From a virus: a stretch of DNA of 64,000 nucleotides. The stretch lies in IMG/VR virus record IMGVR_UViG_3300046318_000144, positions 1-64,000 of that record, one strand, 5' to 3'. Made by a program: the position numbers and the translations under genes. Within the stretch, counting starts at the first letter, position 1. Each line of letters begins with the position of its first letter. Below, piece by piece: positions 1-12,500 of the stretch. The notes beneath the pieces were generated by a model, which saw only the letters and a list, made by a program, of their open reading frames with translations, searched no databases and was not told the origin of the DNA.

Positions 1-551
1 GGAATGACATACACCTCGTCAGTATCCTGAGGGAGGTAGATTTCAAAGTCCTTATCAGCACCCTTGTCATCAAATCCCACACCCACACCGAGCATCGATG
101 CTTCCATAAGGAATGCAAATGGCTTACCTGGGTTTGCCTTAGTCATTTCTAGAGTAGAAACAAATGCACAGTTTTGTAGCGAGGCAGAGTTTTTCTGACG
201 GTTTACAAGGTCAGTCCCCATTTGGGACAAACCACGACCTGGAGGGCTCCACTTGAGGTGAAATAGGCGGTCAAAGAATTCCTTTGCCGAAGCAGCTGCC
301 TTAGCATCTGACCAAGGTAGACGCTGCTGACGAGCATAATCCTTCTGTAGAGAGTAGGTTCCGTTGGTTACACGAGCACAAACTTCTGCCCATGTCTCTT
401 TAGTTCCGTCTTCTTTCTTACGACTATATGTGCGGAGAAATGTAATCTCTCCAACGGAGTTTCCAGCGGCATCTTTAAACCCAAATGGCGACTCCTTTTC
501 TTTGTAGCTGTTGACGAACTCTTTATTGAGTTCGAAGGAATATAGTGACAT
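1..551 (-). CDS. nrdJ: Class II (adenosylcobalamin) ribonucleotide reductase, monomeric RTPR type, N-terminal part (runs off window)
   Basis: Manual translation from ATG 551: MSLYSFELNKEF...GEITFLRTYSRKKEDGTKETW...WSPPGRGL...SLQNCAFVST...FLMEASMLGVGVGFD. Confidence 0.88.
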   Translation of the reverse strand, partial: MSLYSFELNKEFVNSYKEKESPFGFKDAAGNSVGEITFLRTYSRKKEDGTKETWAEVCARVTNGTYSLQKDYARQQRLPWSDAKAAASAKEFFDRLFHLKWSPPGRGLSQMGTDLVNRQKNSASLQNCAFVSTLEMTKANPGKPFAFLMEASMLGVGVGFDDKGADKDFEIYLPQDTDEVYVI

Positions 552-587
552 AAGCCGCCTTCGTTAGGATGTATTTATAGAGTTATA

Positions 588-595
588 AGTATACC
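588..595 (-). promoter_or_regulatory. GG-extended -10 promoter element (GGTATACT)
   Basis: Member of the recurring intergenic GGTAnAnT motif, upstream of nrdJ. Confidence 0.5.
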
Positions 596-616
596 TCAGC
601 CTAAGTCAGGCGAGTA

Positions 617-850
617 TTACTCACTATCTAAGAATAGTGCTTCTGCAATTTTTTTGCAACTAGGGCAAATACGCAGTTTTAAAGGGTCTCTAGATGGTAT
701 AAAGATCTTTCCACATAAGGCTATTACAGGAGTTCCCATAATATAGCCTTCTGTAACTTCAGCAGATTCAGCGTAATGAGCAAATACTTCATCACCGTTT
801 GACTCTTTAGTCTCTTCATCAACATCAGTATTTTCAAGTACAGAGACCAT
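617..850 (-). CDS. DUF3039-like actinobacterial Zn-binding protein
   Basis: HY...GTPVIALCGKIFIPSRDP...ICPSCK pattern. Confidence 0.8.
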   Translation of the reverse strand: MVSVLENTDVDEETKESNGDEVFAHYAESAEVTEGYIMGTPVIALCGKIFIPSRDPLKLRICPSCKKIAEALFLDSE

Positions 851-1800
851 TAAATATCCTCTACTAAAGCTAAAACTTTATTTTTAGGTATAGAAGCAAT
901 ATGAGCAGAAATATCATTAATACCGTAGGAAATTAAAAAGTCTCCATCTTTCTCTACAATCCCAGCTGCAAACTCTATACCATTTATCTCAAATTGAAAC
1001 TCTTTACTAATACCGATTATGTAACCATTAGAGTCATATTTAGCAAACCTATGGGTATAAAATTTTTGAGTGCCAGAGTGCATGGAAAATGTTCTTCTAC
1101 TTTGATAAGTTACATTTTTTGTATACAAAGTATGAACTACAGCTATGTATGTCCCATCACCTAAATCCCAAAGGTTAGTATTCCCTCTTAGGCCACTTAA
1201 AGATTTATTAGTATTAAACTTTTGAATCAATACATTATCTTTAACTAGAGCAGTTGGACCGTACACATAGTCAAAATTTGGATTAAATTCATAAGGAGCC
1301 ATCCAATTTTTTTCTGGTCTTGCATAGTCTGGACCATCATGTTTTTTAATTAAAGTAGCAGTATTAGTTTTATGGTTGTACTTAAACAATCCAACTCTTG
1401 CATATGGAGTATGTGCCTTTTCCATAATTACTCCCGTAAACCACCAAGAGTTGTCTCTCCAAAATAATTTTGCATCTTCTACTCCGCGGTCAAACTTTAA
1501 ATCGGAGTCAAACTGAACTTGACGTAAGTTTCTTAAACTTAAGTCGTCGTTAAGTTCTGCAAACCAAACTTGGGCTTTAATTTCCCCTTGATTGGTTACT
1601 TCTAAATATCCAGTATCAAGATAAATAACATAATTACTAGAGCGTATCGTTACCGCATACCCCTCTGCTGGAGAGTAAGCAATTGACGGATTAAATGCAG
1701 ACCATGTTTTATCTTCTGGATTGACTAAACGTCTTATCTGTCTAGTCTTACCACCCAACTTATCTATTGTCGGGTAGCTTTGTTGGATTTTAGTTTTCAT
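850..1800 (-). CDS. Five-bladed beta-propeller glycoside hydrolase/phosphorylase or transferase (GH130/DUF377/GT91-like)
   Basis: AFNPSI, GVEDAKL, EKNW, YTHRF, IEFAAG, ISYGIND motifs. Confidence 0.65.
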   Translation of the reverse strand: MKTKIQQSYPTIDKLGGKTRQIRRLVNPEDKTWSAFNPSIAYSPAEGYAVTIRSSNYVIYLDTGYLEVTNQGEIKAQVWFAELNDDLSLRNLRQVQFDSDLKFDRGVEDAKLFWRDNSWWFTGVIMEKAHTPYARVGLFKYNHKTNTATLIKKHDGPDYARPEKNWMAPYEFNPNFDYVYGPTALVKDNVLIQKFNTNKSLSGLRGNTNLWDLGDGTYIAVVHTLYTKNVTYQSRRTFSMHSGTQKFYTHRFAKYDSNGYIIGISKEFQFEINGIEFAAGIVEKDGDFLISYGINDISAHIASIPKNKVLALVEDI

Positions 1801-2588
1801 ACATAAATCACAGACGGGTGTCTATCCAAAACTTTAGAAGTTTTAGTTCCAACTACAAAAATATTATCTCCAAGCATACTCTCATCGTATGTATATCCAG
1901 CAATTTCTAGTCTAGGGAAATCTTCTAGTACAGGGTCTTCAAAGTTATTTTCAGTCCAAAGATTTACAGAAAACCCAGCTGCCTTAATCACCGCATCTAA
2001 AGTTATAGGGCTATATTCATAGTTGTGTCGGTATGGATTTCTATCTTTATGGTATTGCATATAGAAGTACGGTTCATAGCCCCTAAGCACTTTCCATATA
2101 GCTCTAGTACCAACACAGCTAGGGGTTGTCAGCACAAGTTTTCCACCATATTTTAAGACTCTATTAACTTCGGAAAGCATATACATAGGGTCTACATCCA
2201 TATGCTCAATTACTTCAGAACAGATTACATAATCGAACGTAGAGTCTTCAACTGGTATAGGAGTACTCTCTAAGTCAACAGAATAGCTTGTAACATTTAG
2301 TTCCTCTTCTCCCGCCTTTAAAGTTAAAGTTCCAACCTCTGGATTATTAAGATTAAAGTCAGTGACATGTATATCTAGTCCAGATACAAGTTTATTTAGA
2401 GAAATAGGTATTACATCACTAGTACCAAGCTCTAAGACTTTTCCAGAAATACCAGCGTCTAATAAAACTTCTAATGTTCTGGCATGCCTTTTAGCATGAG
2501 TAGCGTGGTATGAGCCACTAATATCTATTAGTGGCTTTAAAACATTGGTAACTTCTTTACGGATACCTTCGTATGGTCGCTTTATCAT
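1797..2588 (-). CDS. Class I SAM-dependent methyltransferase (small-molecule/sugar type)
   Basis: VLELGTS, FDYVICSEVIEH, RVLKYGGKLVLTTP; start moved to ATG 2588 to avoid the divergent promoter. Confidence 0.85.
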   Translation of the reverse strand: MIKRPYEGIRKEVTNVLKPLIDISGSYHATHAKRHARTLEVLLDAGISGKVLELGTSDVIPISLNKLVSGLDIHVTDFNLNNPEVGTLTLKAGEEELNVTSYSVDLESTPIPVEDSTFDYVICSEVIEHMDVDPMYMLSEVNRVLKYGGKLVLTTPSCVGTRAIWKVLRGYEPYFYMQYHKDRNPYRHNYEYSPITLDAVIKAAGFSVNLWTENNFEDPVLEDFPRLEIAGYTYDESMLGDNIFVVGTKTSKVLDRHPSVIYV

Positions 2589-2607
2589 CTGTGTATAAAT
2601 TCTAACG

Positions 2608-2619
2608 TATAATAAAAAC
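2608..2619 (+). promoter_or_regulatory. Leaderless promoter (TATAAT, 6 nt, ATG)
   Basis: TATAAT at 2608-2613, ATG at 2620, no Shine-Dalgarno. Confidence 0.6.
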
Positions 2620-2823
2620 ATGAAGCCAGAGATAGAAGATACCGACTATCAACTTACAGCCCAAGACCGCTGCGATGTCTGTCAAGCACAGGCATACGTA
2701 CATGTCGTTTTAGAGTCTGGAGACTTGCTTTTCTGCCTTCACCACTTCAATGAATATAAAGATGTACTAGAACCTATAGCACTAAAAATTATTGATGAAT
2801 CGAGTCGTTTACTGGTAAGATAG
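2620..2823 (+). CDS. Small actinobacterial Zn-finger protein (DUF7455-like)
   Basis: LTAQDRCDVCQAQAYV...LLFCLHH. Confidence 0.75.
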   Translation: MKPEIEDTDYQLTAQDRCDVCQAQAYVHVVLESGDLLFCLHHFNEYKDVLEPIALKIIDESSRLLVR

Positions 2824-2843
2824 TCAGTTTACTCTCCAGAGTC

Positions 2844-2867
2844 ATTGTACCCCCTTTGAGGTACAAT
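2844..2867. promoter_or_regulatory. Inverted pair of GGTACAAT elements (back-to-back promoters or operator)
   Basis: ATTGTACC-ccctttga-GGTACAAT. Confidence 0.55.
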
Positions 2868-2900
2868 AGTTATGACCTGTATCCCCTGCGAGAGAAGCAT

Positions 2901-3260
2901 ATGACTGCGCCAGCTGGACTATATAACATATCAGCCAAGCAAGGCTCAACTTTTTCACGCTCAATTGTCTGGGTAGATCCTAGGAAAAAGCCAATTCGTT
3001 TAAGAGGCTATACCGCAAGGATGCAGGTTAGACCGATAGAGAATAGTTCTACAGTAATTATTGAACTAACTACTGAAAATGGAAGAATATCTCTAGGAGA
3101 ATCTAACGGGACAATCACCCTATCCATATCATCATCGGTCACTCAAACCTTATTAGAAGGTAAATATGTATATGACCTAGAGCTTGTAGCTCCAGGGTCG
3201 GGAAAAGTATACAAACTAGTTCGCGGTAATTTTGTTGTAATCCCAGAGGTGACTTACTAA
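2901..3260 (+). CDS. Ig-like fibre adaptor/anchor protein, paralog A
   Basis: QGSTF...GYTARMQVR...LTTENGRI...YVYDLEL; 119 aa from ATG 2901; paralog at 19358. Confidence 0.65.
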   Translation: MTAPAGLYNISAKQGSTFSRSIVWVDPRKKPIRLRGYTARMQVRPIENSSTVIIELTTENGRISLGESNGTITLSISSSVTQTLLEGKYVYDLELVAPGSGKVYKLVRGNFVVIPEVTY

Positions 3261-6200
3261 TGAGTATAGGCGACAGCCCTAATGGTGTGGTACAAGGTAA
3301 GTATGCCCAAAAAGTCACAATAAGTTCTGGTGGTCCTCAGGGTGAAGTTGGTCCAACTGGCCCAACTGGTGCAGCCTCGACAGTCACAGGTCCGACTGGT
3401 GCTACAGGTGCAACAGGCCCAACTGGTGCAACAGGTGCAGCATCAACTGTTACTGGACCTACAGGTGCAACGGGTGCAACGGGAGCTACTGGATTACAAG
3501 GTACAACAGGTCCTACTGGTCCAACTGGTGCTCAGGGTATTCAAGGTTCTACAGGATACACTGGTCCCACGGGAGCAACTGGTGCAACTGGACCACAGGG
3601 TGCAAATGGTGCAACGGGTGCTACTGGTGCAAATGGTGCAACGGGTGCTACTGGTGCAACTGGACCGCAAGGCATTCAAGGTGCAACTGGTCCTACTGGA
3701 GCCACAGGACCAACGGGTGCTACAGGTGCTCAAGGAATTCAAGGATCGACAGGTCCTCAAGGTGTTCAAGGATTACAAGGTGTTCAAGGTATACAGGGCG
3801 TAACAGGTCCAACAGGTGCTCAGGGTATACAGGGTGTAACTGGCCCTACTGGTCCAACGGGAGCCCAAGGCATCCAAGGTGCAACGGGTGCAACTGGAGC
3901 TCAGGGAGCTCAGGGGGCCCAAGGCATCCAAGGTGTTCAAGGTATACAGGGCGTAACAGGTCCAACAGGTGCTCAGGGTATACAGGGTGTAACTGGCCCT
4001 ACAGGTGCACAAGGAGTAACAGGTCCACAAGGAAATCAAGGAGAAGTAGGTCCAACTGGGGCACAAGGCCCAGAAGGTCCTCAAGGTGTTCAGGGTGATG
4101 CAGGTCCTCAAGGTATTCAAGGTGAGACTGGGCCAACTGGTGCAACAGGTCCAACAGGTGCAGTTGGCGAGATAGGTCCAACTGGGTCTGACGCACTATG
4201 GAACTTCACTGGTGCATATAATCTTGGTGCATCCTATGCGGTCGGAGACGTTGCTACCTACGACGGTCGCACGTGGTACCGAATCAATTCCAATGGAGGA
4301 AATACTGGAGATACTCCATCAGAAGGAATATTCTGGACTTTAATTGCTGACCAAGGTGCGACAGGCCTAACTGGTGCTGCAGGAGAACCAGGTGCAGATG
4401 GTGCAACAGGTCCCACGGGAGCACAAGGAATTCAAGGTGCAACTGGAGCACAAGGTGAAACTGGTGCAACAGGTCCAACAGGAGCACAAGGTCCGACTGG
4501 TGCGCAAGGTTCGCAAGGCATCCAAGGCGTAACTGGTCCGACTGGAGCAACTGGTGCTGATGGCTATATCGGTGCAGATGGCGCAACTGGACCTACAGGT
4601 CCAACAGGTGCAACAGGAGCTGCTAGTACGGTCACAGGTCCTACAGGTGCTACGGGTGCAACAGGTGCATCTGGTGTAATTAGTGTAACTGGGCCGATTA
4701 CTAATACTGGAACAAGTACTAGTGCTGTCATTGGTATAGAGGCCTCTTCTGATGATATTGCAAATTATGTAGTTCAAAGAGATGCAGATAAAACCGCATC
4801 TATAGGTGGATTACAGATAGATACAGCCGCTACCCCTACCCCAGGGGTGGGAAAGCTGATCTGGGATGCTGACCAAGGAACTCTTCAATTTGGTCTTACT
4901 GGCGGGAATGTAAATCTCCAAATTGGACAAGAGCAAGTAGCTCTCGTGCGAAACGGCGAGTCAACAGGTATGACGGTAGGTCAAGTAGTCTACCTATCAG
5001 GTGCTCAGGGGGACCACCCAGTAGTTAAGCTAGCCTACAACACATCAGATGCTACATCATCTAAAACTTTTGGTATGGTTTCAGAACCAATTGCATCTGG
5101 TCAACTAGGCTACGTAACTGTAAGAGGTACAGTTAATGGTTTAAACATGGGAGCCTACACAGCGGGGGATGTCCTTTGGCTTGGAGCAACTCCTGGAACA
5201 TTTACTACTACTAAAGCAGTAGCACCAAATCACTTGGTATTTGTGGGTGTAGTTCAAAAAGCAAATTCAGGTAATGGTGGAGTATACGTATTACCACAAA
5301 ACGGCTACGAGCTAGACGAATTACATAACGTATTAATCTCTGATATCCAAAACAATGAAGTTCTGACATATGAGTCATCAACTGGTGTATGGAAAAATAA
5401 ACCATCTCCGACAGGTCCAACTGGACCTACTGGACCACAGGGGCCAGAAGGAACTTCAATCACCTTTAAGGGAACTGTAGCCACAGTAGGAGATCTTCCA
5501 GCTACTGGTAATACAATTAATGATGCTTGGATTGTAGATGCCGATGGTGATTTGTATGTCTGGGATGGAGCCCTACCTTGGCATAACGTAGGTCAGATTG
5601 TTGGTCCTCAAGGTCCAACAGGTGCAGACGGTGCGACGGGTCCTACAGGTGCAACGGGTATTCAAGGCCCAACAGGACCGACTGGTCCTCAGGGTTATCT
5701 AGGAGATACTGGACCAATAGGACCTACTGGTGCAACTGGTGCAACTGGAGCTACGGGCGCGACTGGTGCTCAAGGCATTCAAGGTGTAACTGGTCCAACA
5801 GGTGCAACTGGTATTCAAGGTCCAACAGGACCGACAGGTGCTCAGGGTATACAGGGTGTAACAGGTCCAACAGGTGCTCAAGGCGTAACTGGTCCTACAG
5901 GTGCGACTGGTGCGCAAGGTCCTCAGGGTGCTCAGGGCATTCAAGGTGAGATTGGTGCAACTGGACCGACAGGTGCTCAAGGAATTCAAGGACCTACTGG
6001 TGCAACTGGTGCAACTGGACCTACTGGTGCAACAGGTGCTCAGGGTATACAGGGTGTGACAGGGCCAACTGGTGCGACTGGACCAACAGGTGCTACAGGT
6101 GTACAGGGAATTCAAGGAGAAACAGGTCCAACGGGTGCTACAGGTCCAACAGGACCGACAGGTGCTCAGGGTATACAGGGTGTAACAGGTCCTACGGGTG

Positions 6201-7201
6201 CTACGGGAGCTACTGGAGCACAAGGTCCGCAGGGTGCTCAAGGCATTCAAGGTGAGGTCGGTGCAACTGGACCTACGGGTGCGCAGGGGGCGACTGGTCC
6301 TACAGGAGCCACAGGACTTCAAGGTGCAACTGGAGCAACTGGAGCAACTGGAGCTACAGGAGTAACAGGTCCCACGGGAGCAACTGGTGTACAGGGTCCA
6401 CAGGGTGATCAAGGTATTCAGGGTGTAGCTGGTGCAACTGGCGCTACTGGGCCCACTGGTCCTACAGGAGCCACAGGACTTCAAGGTGCAACTGGAGCAA
6501 CTGGAGCAACTGGAGCTACAGGAGTAACAGGTCCCACGGGAGCAACTGGTGTACAGGGTGTTCAAGGTATCCAAGGTATTCAAGGATTGCAAGGAGCTAC
6601 AGGTCCTACGGGTGCTACGGGTGCAACGGGCGCGACAGGACCGACAGGTGCTCAGGGTATACAGGGTGTAACAGGTCCTACGGGTGCTACGGGTGCAACA
6701 GGTGCAGACGGCTCATATTATGTAGGTACGACTGCACCACTATCACCAGTAGAGGGTGATATCTGGTTTAACTCTGAGACAGTGCGTCAATACACTTACT
6801 ATGACGGTTTTTGGATTGAAGCTTCATCTAATAAAGTTGGCCCAGAGGGTGAACCATCTATTACTGTAGAGTCTCAGTCGGATTGGACGGGAGCAGTATC
6901 ACTATCAATAACTGATACTTTCCATACCTTCCTCAGACGTAGATTGACTGGGAATACAACAGTAACCATGGATAGTGGTCTTTCAGGAAAATCTTACTTT
7001 TTTACTTTAGAACTCCAACAAGATTCTACGGGAAGTAGAACAATAATTCTAAAAAATGTAAGAACCACTTTTGGAACCGCATTAATACTATCAACAGCTG
7101 CTAACTCTGTAGATGTAATTAGAGTTGAATGGAACGGTACTTTTTGGACTGCATACCTAAGCGGTATTCAAACATCAATACCATCAAGTTGGGTAGCATA
7201 A
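3260..7201 (+). CDS. Giant collagen-like (Gly-X-Thr/Gln) fibre protein, 1313 aa
   Basis: Hundreds of GPT/GAT/GIQ triplets interrupted by globular modules ([17 protein letters not shown]; [20 protein letters not shown]; [14 protein letters not shown]). Confidence 0.85.
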   Translation: MSIGDSPNGVVQGKYAQKVTISSGGPQGEVGPTGPTGAASTVTGPTGATGATGPTGATGAASTVTGPTGATGATGATGLQGTTGPTGPTGAQGIQGSTGYTGPTGATGATGPQGANGATGATGANGATGATGATGPQGIQGATGPTGATGPTGATGAQGIQGSTGPQGVQGLQGVQGIQGVTGPTGAQGIQGVTGPTGPTGAQGIQGATGATGAQGAQGAQGIQGVQGIQGVTGPTGAQGIQGVTGPTGAQGVTGPQGNQGEVGPTGAQGPEGPQGVQGDAGPQGIQGETGPTGATGPTGAVGEIGPTGSDALWNFTGAYNLGASYAVGDVATYDGRTWYRINSNGGNTGDTPSEGIFWTLIADQGATGLTGAAGEPGADGATGPTGAQGIQGATGAQGETGATGPTGAQGPTGAQGSQGIQGVTGPTGATGADGYIGADGATGPTGPTGATGAASTVTGPTGATGATGASGVISVTGPITNTGTSTSAVIGIEASSDDIANYVVQRDADKTASIGGLQIDTAATPTPGVGKLIWDADQGTLQFGLTGGNVNLQIGQEQVALVRNGESTGMTVGQVVYLSGAQGDHPVVKLAYNTSDATSSKTFGMVSEPIASGQLGYVTVRGTVNGLNMGAYTAGDVLWLGATPGTFTTTKAVAPNHLVFVGVVQKANSGNGGVYVLPQNGYELDELHNVLISDIQNNEVLTYESSTGVWKNKPSPTGPTGPTGPQGPEGTSITFKGTVATVGDLPATGNTINDAWIVDADGDLYVWDGALPWHNVGQIVGPQGPTGADGATGPTGATGIQGPTGPTGPQGYLGDTGPIGPTGATGATGATGATGAQGIQGVTGPTGATGIQGPTGPTGAQGIQGVTGPTGAQGVTGPTGATGAQGPQGAQGIQGEIGATGPTGAQGIQGPTGATGATGPTGATGAQGIQGVTGPTGATGPTGATGVQGIQGETGPTGATGPTGPTGAQGIQGVTGPTGATGATGAQGPQGAQGIQGEVGATGPTGAQGATGPTGATGLQGATGATGATGATGVTGPTGATGVQGPQGDQGIQGVAGATGATGPTGPTGATGLQGATGATGATGATGVTGPTGATGVQGVQGIQGIQGLQGATGPTGATGATGATGPTGAQGIQGVTGPTGATGATGADGSYYVGTTAPLSPVEGDIWFNSETVRQYTYYDGFWIEASSNKVGPEGEPSITVESQSDWTGAVSLSITDTFHTFLRRRLTGNTTVTMDSGLSGKSYFFTLELQQDSTGSRTIILKNVRTTFGTALILSTAANSVDVIRVEWNGTFWTAYLSGIQTSIPSSWVA
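6293..6559 (+). repeat. 105-nt exact direct repeat within collagen gene (6293-6397 / 6455-6559)
   Basis: Identical including synonymous positions; a 74-nt pair also at 3776-3849 / 3929-4002. Confidence 0.8.
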
Positions 7202-7202
7202 T

Positions 7203-7682
7203 ATGTTTATACAGCAGATAATAAATCAGTACCCACCGACACCAGATACTGCTCTAGGCTGGGCAGCTACTAGAACAATATCTAGCAATGCCGCCGTCCC
7301 AGTTGGATGTCCAAATAGCTATGCAATAAAAGTTCCAATGTATGACATGAGATTTGACCCTATGTCAAACTTTTTCTCAACCAGACTAGGGTCTCAAGGA
7401 TTAATAATTGAAGGGTATGCAATAGCAGAGTCAGCAGCAAGCTCGATGATGGACATATTTATTAGATTTGGTGATACCTACAGCAACACTATACCTAATG
7501 GATATAACGCCTCTGGGATTGTCAGACTAGATAAAACAAACTACACAACGTGGAAGTATTTTAGGGCCTATGTAGGGGGAACTATCCCCAGCAACGGGAC
7601 ACCTAAAGTAAGTATAAATATGAATAGTGCCCCGTCTCAGGGTTGGTGGGTCAGCGGTTTGACAGTCAGGCAGGTACAGTAG
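7203..7682 (+). CDS. Hypothetical protein, possible beta-sandwich fibre tip
   Basis: 159-aa ORF coupled to its neighbours; aromatic, beta-rich. Confidence 0.55.
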   Translation: MFIQQIINQYPPTPDTALGWAATRTISSNAAVPVGCPNSYAIKVPMYDMRFDPMSNFFSTRLGSQGLIIEGYAIAESAASSMMDIFIRFGDTYSNTIPNGYNASGIVRLDKTNYTTWKYFRAYVGGTIPSNGTPKVSINMNSAPSQGWWVSGLTVRQVQ

Positions 7683-9584
7683 ATGGCAGCAGTAGATTTT
7701 CCCAACTCACCCAGTGTAGGTAATACCTTTAGTAGTGGTGGTAGAACTTGGATATGGACTGGAGTTGTCTGGAACTCAGTAGATACTGACACAGTAACTG
7801 GCCCTACTGGCCCTCAAGGTCCTACAGGTCCGACTGGTGCAACTGGAGCTACAGGTCCAACTGGAGCAGCAAGCACGGTTACTGGACCAACTGGTGCTAC
7901 GGGAGCTCAGGGTGTAACTGGTCCTACGGGCGCGACTGGACCATCTGGAGTATTTACAACAGAGCCAACATCACCAGTAGCTGGAGATCTTTGGTATATA
8001 GAAAATGCATATACCTACCCAGCTGAATACCAAAATACAAATGCTGGTTCAGAGGGAACTACATATTTACCAAATAGTCCTGTAAATATAGTTTCTTTAG
8101 GTACTCAATACACTAGTGCTTCTTCAAATTTCACTGATGGTACATTAGGAAACGGTTATTGGGAATTTACCCTACCATTTAATGTTTCATATAATGGAGC
8201 ATCTTACAACAAAATATACGTCTCAACAAACTCATTTATAACATTTGGAGCAGGACATACAGGATATGGTGGCTTCCTAAGCCCATCTTTTCCCCCACTA
8301 CCTAAGATACTCATCTCAGCCCCCTCATTTGGAAGCTGCGAGAGCGTTTATTTCTATAGCTCGGCTACTTCCTGGATGATTAGGTTCGAGGGTTATCAAT
8401 ATAATGAATTAACTGGACTCCCAAACACATGGCAAATCTCATCAACTAGTGCTAACCCAAATATTTATAAAATTGATTTCATAAATTCATTAGATAACTA
8501 TGCAACAACAGGTGCATTTAGTGAAAAAGATTTACTAACAGAATATACTTTTGATCCAAGCTCTATCAATGTACCAGGATCTGTAAATCTTATAGTAAAT
8601 GGTACTCAAGTAACGCCAGGCGGGTCATTAGGAGTAATTAAAGAATACTCAGGTACCGAGTGGAGAGTAGTTACACCTCATATAGATCGTAGTCCAGTTT
8701 CTGGTATACATACCTCTATTCCTGGAACTAGTTCATCTCTACAGGTTACAGTTGATCGTGCTGGAGTAGACCTTATAGGTGGTATATATGGTTTTAATGG
8801 TGATGACCTTTTCACCACATCCATAGGACGTTACTCTAACTATAGAGGTATATATAATCTAGCTCTAGGACATAGCGCACTCAGGTACAACGTAAGTGGT
8901 AATTACAATACTGCAGCTGGAATAGAGTCATTTTCCAGTAATATCAGTGGTAGCCATAGCGTAGCTATTGGGTTTAGTGCCCTGAGCTATAGCTCTACTG
9001 GCTATGAGAACACAGTAATAGGTTCACTAGCTGCTCAGCTACTTACGAGTGGTCACAATAACGTAATTATTGGATATCAGTCTGGAAGTGTACTAGATAC
9101 TACACACAGTTCAGTAATAATTGGAGATTATGCAGCTTCAGATTTTGCTGGTCTTGGAGAAGCTACATTAGCAGAAAATAACACAATTATCGGCTACTCT
9201 GCCGTCACGCATGGTGCTGGTTATGGTAATACAGTTCTTGGAAATTTCTCTGGCGGAGCCTATGAGACCTCGGGAACCGTTGGTATAGGTAATGAAAATA
9301 CACTAGTTGGTATGTATGCTGGTCAAGATGGTGCTGGTAATAGCAATACATATATCGGAGTTGGAGCTGGATCTAACTCAGGTGATACAGCCAGTGGAAA
9401 CGTTTTCCTCGGCTGGGGAGCTGGAGGATCTGAATCAGGTTCAAATAAGTTAATTATTGACAATGCTGGCCTAGCAATAAATCCACTAGTTTATGGAGAA
9501 TTTGATCCAACTGGCAATATGAATGCATACGTAAGAATTAATGGAGCTTTTAGAGCAAATATTATTAGTGGAGGAACACCTTAA
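7683..9584 (+). CDS. Fibre/adhesin: DFPNSP N-domain, short collagen, nidogen-like segment, YadA-head-like repeats
   Basis: [24 protein letters not shown]; ~14-aa repeats such as NTAAG/NTVIG/NVIIG/NTYIG. Confidence 0.7.
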   Translation: MAAVDFPNSPSVGNTFSSGGRTWIWTGVVWNSVDTDTVTGPTGPQGPTGPTGATGATGPTGAASTVTGPTGATGAQGVTGPTGATGPSGVFTTEPTSPVAGDLWYIENAYTYPAEYQNTNAGSEGTTYLPNSPVNIVSLGTQYTSASSNFTDGTLGNGYWEFTLPFNVSYNGASYNKIYVSTNSFITFGAGHTGYGGFLSPSFPPLPKILISAPSFGSCESVYFYSSATSWMIRFEGYQYNELTGLPNTWQISSTSANPNIYKIDFINSLDNYATTGAFSEKDLLTEYTFDPSSINVPGSVNLIVNGTQVTPGGSLGVIKEYSGTEWRVVTPHIDRSPVSGIHTSIPGTSSSLQVTVDRAGVDLIGGIYGFNGDDLFTTSIGRYSNYRGIYNLALGHSALRYNVSGNYNTAAGIESFSSNISGSHSVAIGFSALSYSSTGYENTVIGSLAAQLLTSGHNNVIIGYQSGSVLDTTHSSVIIGDYAASDFAGLGEATLAENNTIIGYSAVTHGAGYGNTVLGNFSGGAYETSGTVGIGNENTLVGMYAGQDGAGNSNTYIGVGAGSNSGDTASGNVFLGWGAGGSESGSNKLIIDNAGLAINPLVYGEFDPTGNMNAYVRINGAFRANIISGGTP

Positions 9585-12500
9585 ATGCCTGCAGAAACAG
9601 TAATACAACACAGAAAAGGTACCGCAGCGGAGTGGACTTTAGCAAATCCAATACTTGCATCTGGTGAAATTGGATTTGAAACCGATACTAATAAATTTAA
9701 AATTGGTGATGGAACTAATGTTTGGTCAGCACTGGTATATCAGAATATTTCTGGCCCAACTGGACCTACTGGTCCTGCAGGTAGTGCTGGCGCAACTGGA
9801 CCTACGGGTGCAGCTAGCACCGTAACTGGTCCCACGGGAGCGACTGGTCCCACAGGGCCTTCGGGAGTTATCTCCGTAACTGGACCAATTACTAATACTG
9901 GAACAAGTACATCTGCTGCTCTCGGATTTGACTACTCATTAGCATTTCCAAACACTAACACTACCCAGTCGACTAGTACTTCTAGTGGTGCTATCACCAC
10001 TGCTGGTGGTTTAGGTGTAGTTAAAGATGCTTATATTGGTGGAAATTTAAATATTGCTGGAAACTTTACAGTTTCTGGAACTAGTACTACCGTAAGTACT
10101 ACAAATCTTTCTGTAAGTGACTCTTTAATATACCTTGCAGATAGTCAGTATGACGCAGATGTTTTAGACATCGGTATCTATGGTGCTTATGGGGATGTAA
10201 ATCCAGGTCACTTTCACACAGGTCTAGTTCGTGATGCTTCTGATGCTAAATGGAAACTCGTATCTGGAGCTCCAGAGCCAGTATCAAATGTTATTGATTT
10301 TTCAGGCGTTACCTACGACAACTTACTAGCTGGGTCATTTATTAAAAATGGAGGAACGTCTAGCGAATTCCTCAAGGCTGACGGATCTGTAGATTCAACT
10401 ACATACTTAAGTACAACGCTTGCAGCATCTACTTATGCTAAATTGACTGCAGACCAGACTTTTACTGGCTTAAATACTTTTACTAACTCTGCTACTACTT
10501 CAAAAGCTCTTGTTGTAAATAATATTTCTGGAACTTCAGTTAACTTATTTGAAGTTCAAGCTAATGGAAGTCCGTACTTATACATAACTTCGGGTGGATC
10601 GCTATATAACTCTGGAAGACTTCTAGTTCGTGCTGACTATTCAGCTACTTTTAACGTTGGTGTTGGTTCGTCAACTCAGGTTGGTGCTGTTATTCGTGCT
10701 GCATCCTCCCAAACTGCCAATTTAGAGGAGTGGCAGGATAGCTCTGGAACAATTTTAGGAAGAATTGCATCAGATGGTTCTTACGTAGTAGGGTCAGACT
10801 CTTCTCGTTCATTTATTTCAGCAGCTTCTGGTAGAGCTCAGTTTGTAACTAATAATGCTTCTTTAATACCACTAATACTAAAAGGTGCAGCGTCCCAGTC
10901 AGTGGACTTACAGCAGTGGCTTGACTCGGCTGGTGTAGTTCTTGGTGCAATAACTTCAGTCGGTCGTGCAGCATTCCCTAGAGCATCACTTGGCTCAAAC
11001 ACTGATTTGGCTTATGGAACATTATCAGTTGCTGCCAACTCAGCTTCAACTATTGGTGCAGTTATTCGTGGTGCATCTTCTCAGACGTCTGATTTACAGC
11101 AGTGGCAGAACTCATCTGGAACGGTTCTTGCAAAGGTAAGCGCGTCTGGCAACTTTACAATGGGGCCAAACCTAACTTTTACTGACCCAGGTGTGGGAAA
11201 CGCTACATCATTCACATTCACTAAAAATAGTGACTCTGCTTGGCTAAAAGTTACAGAACGTGTAGCAGACGCAACCACTTATGAGTTTGGTATGGCAGAC
11301 AACCCTGATGGTTCGGACTACTTCCAGTGGCGCTTTGATGACTATCAGGGTGGCGGAACTGGTTGGATGCCACTACAGCTGACTGGATTTAATAGCCGCT
11401 TTGTTTCTAGAAATAACAACATGTATGGAAACCTTGTACTTCCATACAATACAGGTTTCTATACATATAACGCTAGTTACGGTGGAACCGACCAAGAAGT
11501 TGGAAGATTTACACCTAATAACAGCACATCTACTCAGCACCCTAAGGACTCGGGAACTGGTACTGGAACACTAACAGTAGATGCCACAGGATTTACAGGA
11601 ACTGGTGCTACGGCCTACTGGGTAGTTATTGAGACTGGTGGAACAACATTCAAGTGGGGAACTGGTTGGTGGAACTCAGGAACCTCAGTTGCAACTGGTG
11701 TAACTATCACTGGTTCTGCTCAGACTCTTCAAAATGGTTTAACAGTTACACTATCTCTAACAGGGCACGTTGCTGGTGACCGTTGGAACTTCCGTGCATA
11801 TCCTGCTCCGCAGGTGGGTATTGGTGGAACCATTAGCGGTGCAATGGTTAGTATTTCGCCAGTAGCTGCTACTAAGGGCCTAGTAGTTAAAGCAGCTGGT
11901 AGTCAGACAGCTAACCTTACTGAATGGCAGAGCAGTGCTGGAGCTGTTCTTGCAAACGTTACTAATGGTGGTTCTGTAAATACAATCAACTACTTTGGTA
12001 ACGTAGCTGGAGATGCTCCATACTTAGATTACACAACTGCTAATAAGTTAATAGTGCAAACTAGAAATGCTGCCTACATTGGATTAACAGTTAAGGGAGC
12101 ATCTTCTCAAAGTGCCAACCTCCAAGAGTGGCAGACATCAGCAGGAAGCATTCTTGCACAGATTGACTCATTTGGTGGTATCCGAACTAACTCATATCTA
12201 CAGGTTCAATCTGGTTCAGCTACTACTATCTCACAATGGATTCGTGGTGCTGCCTCACACACTGCTGACCTATTTCAGTACCAGACTAACGGTGGTTCAG
12301 CTGTTCTTGGTGGCCGTAACGCTGTTGCTCAAATCTACACTGGAGCGACATCACCTATTCAGACTGGAGTTGGTGGAGCAACAACTGCTGCTTCTGGTAC
12401 AGGCACAACGGCAACGATTACTACAACTAGCGCTCATGGTCTTGCTATTGGTGACATTGTTACTGTGGCTGGCGTTACCCCGACAGGCTATAATGGTACA

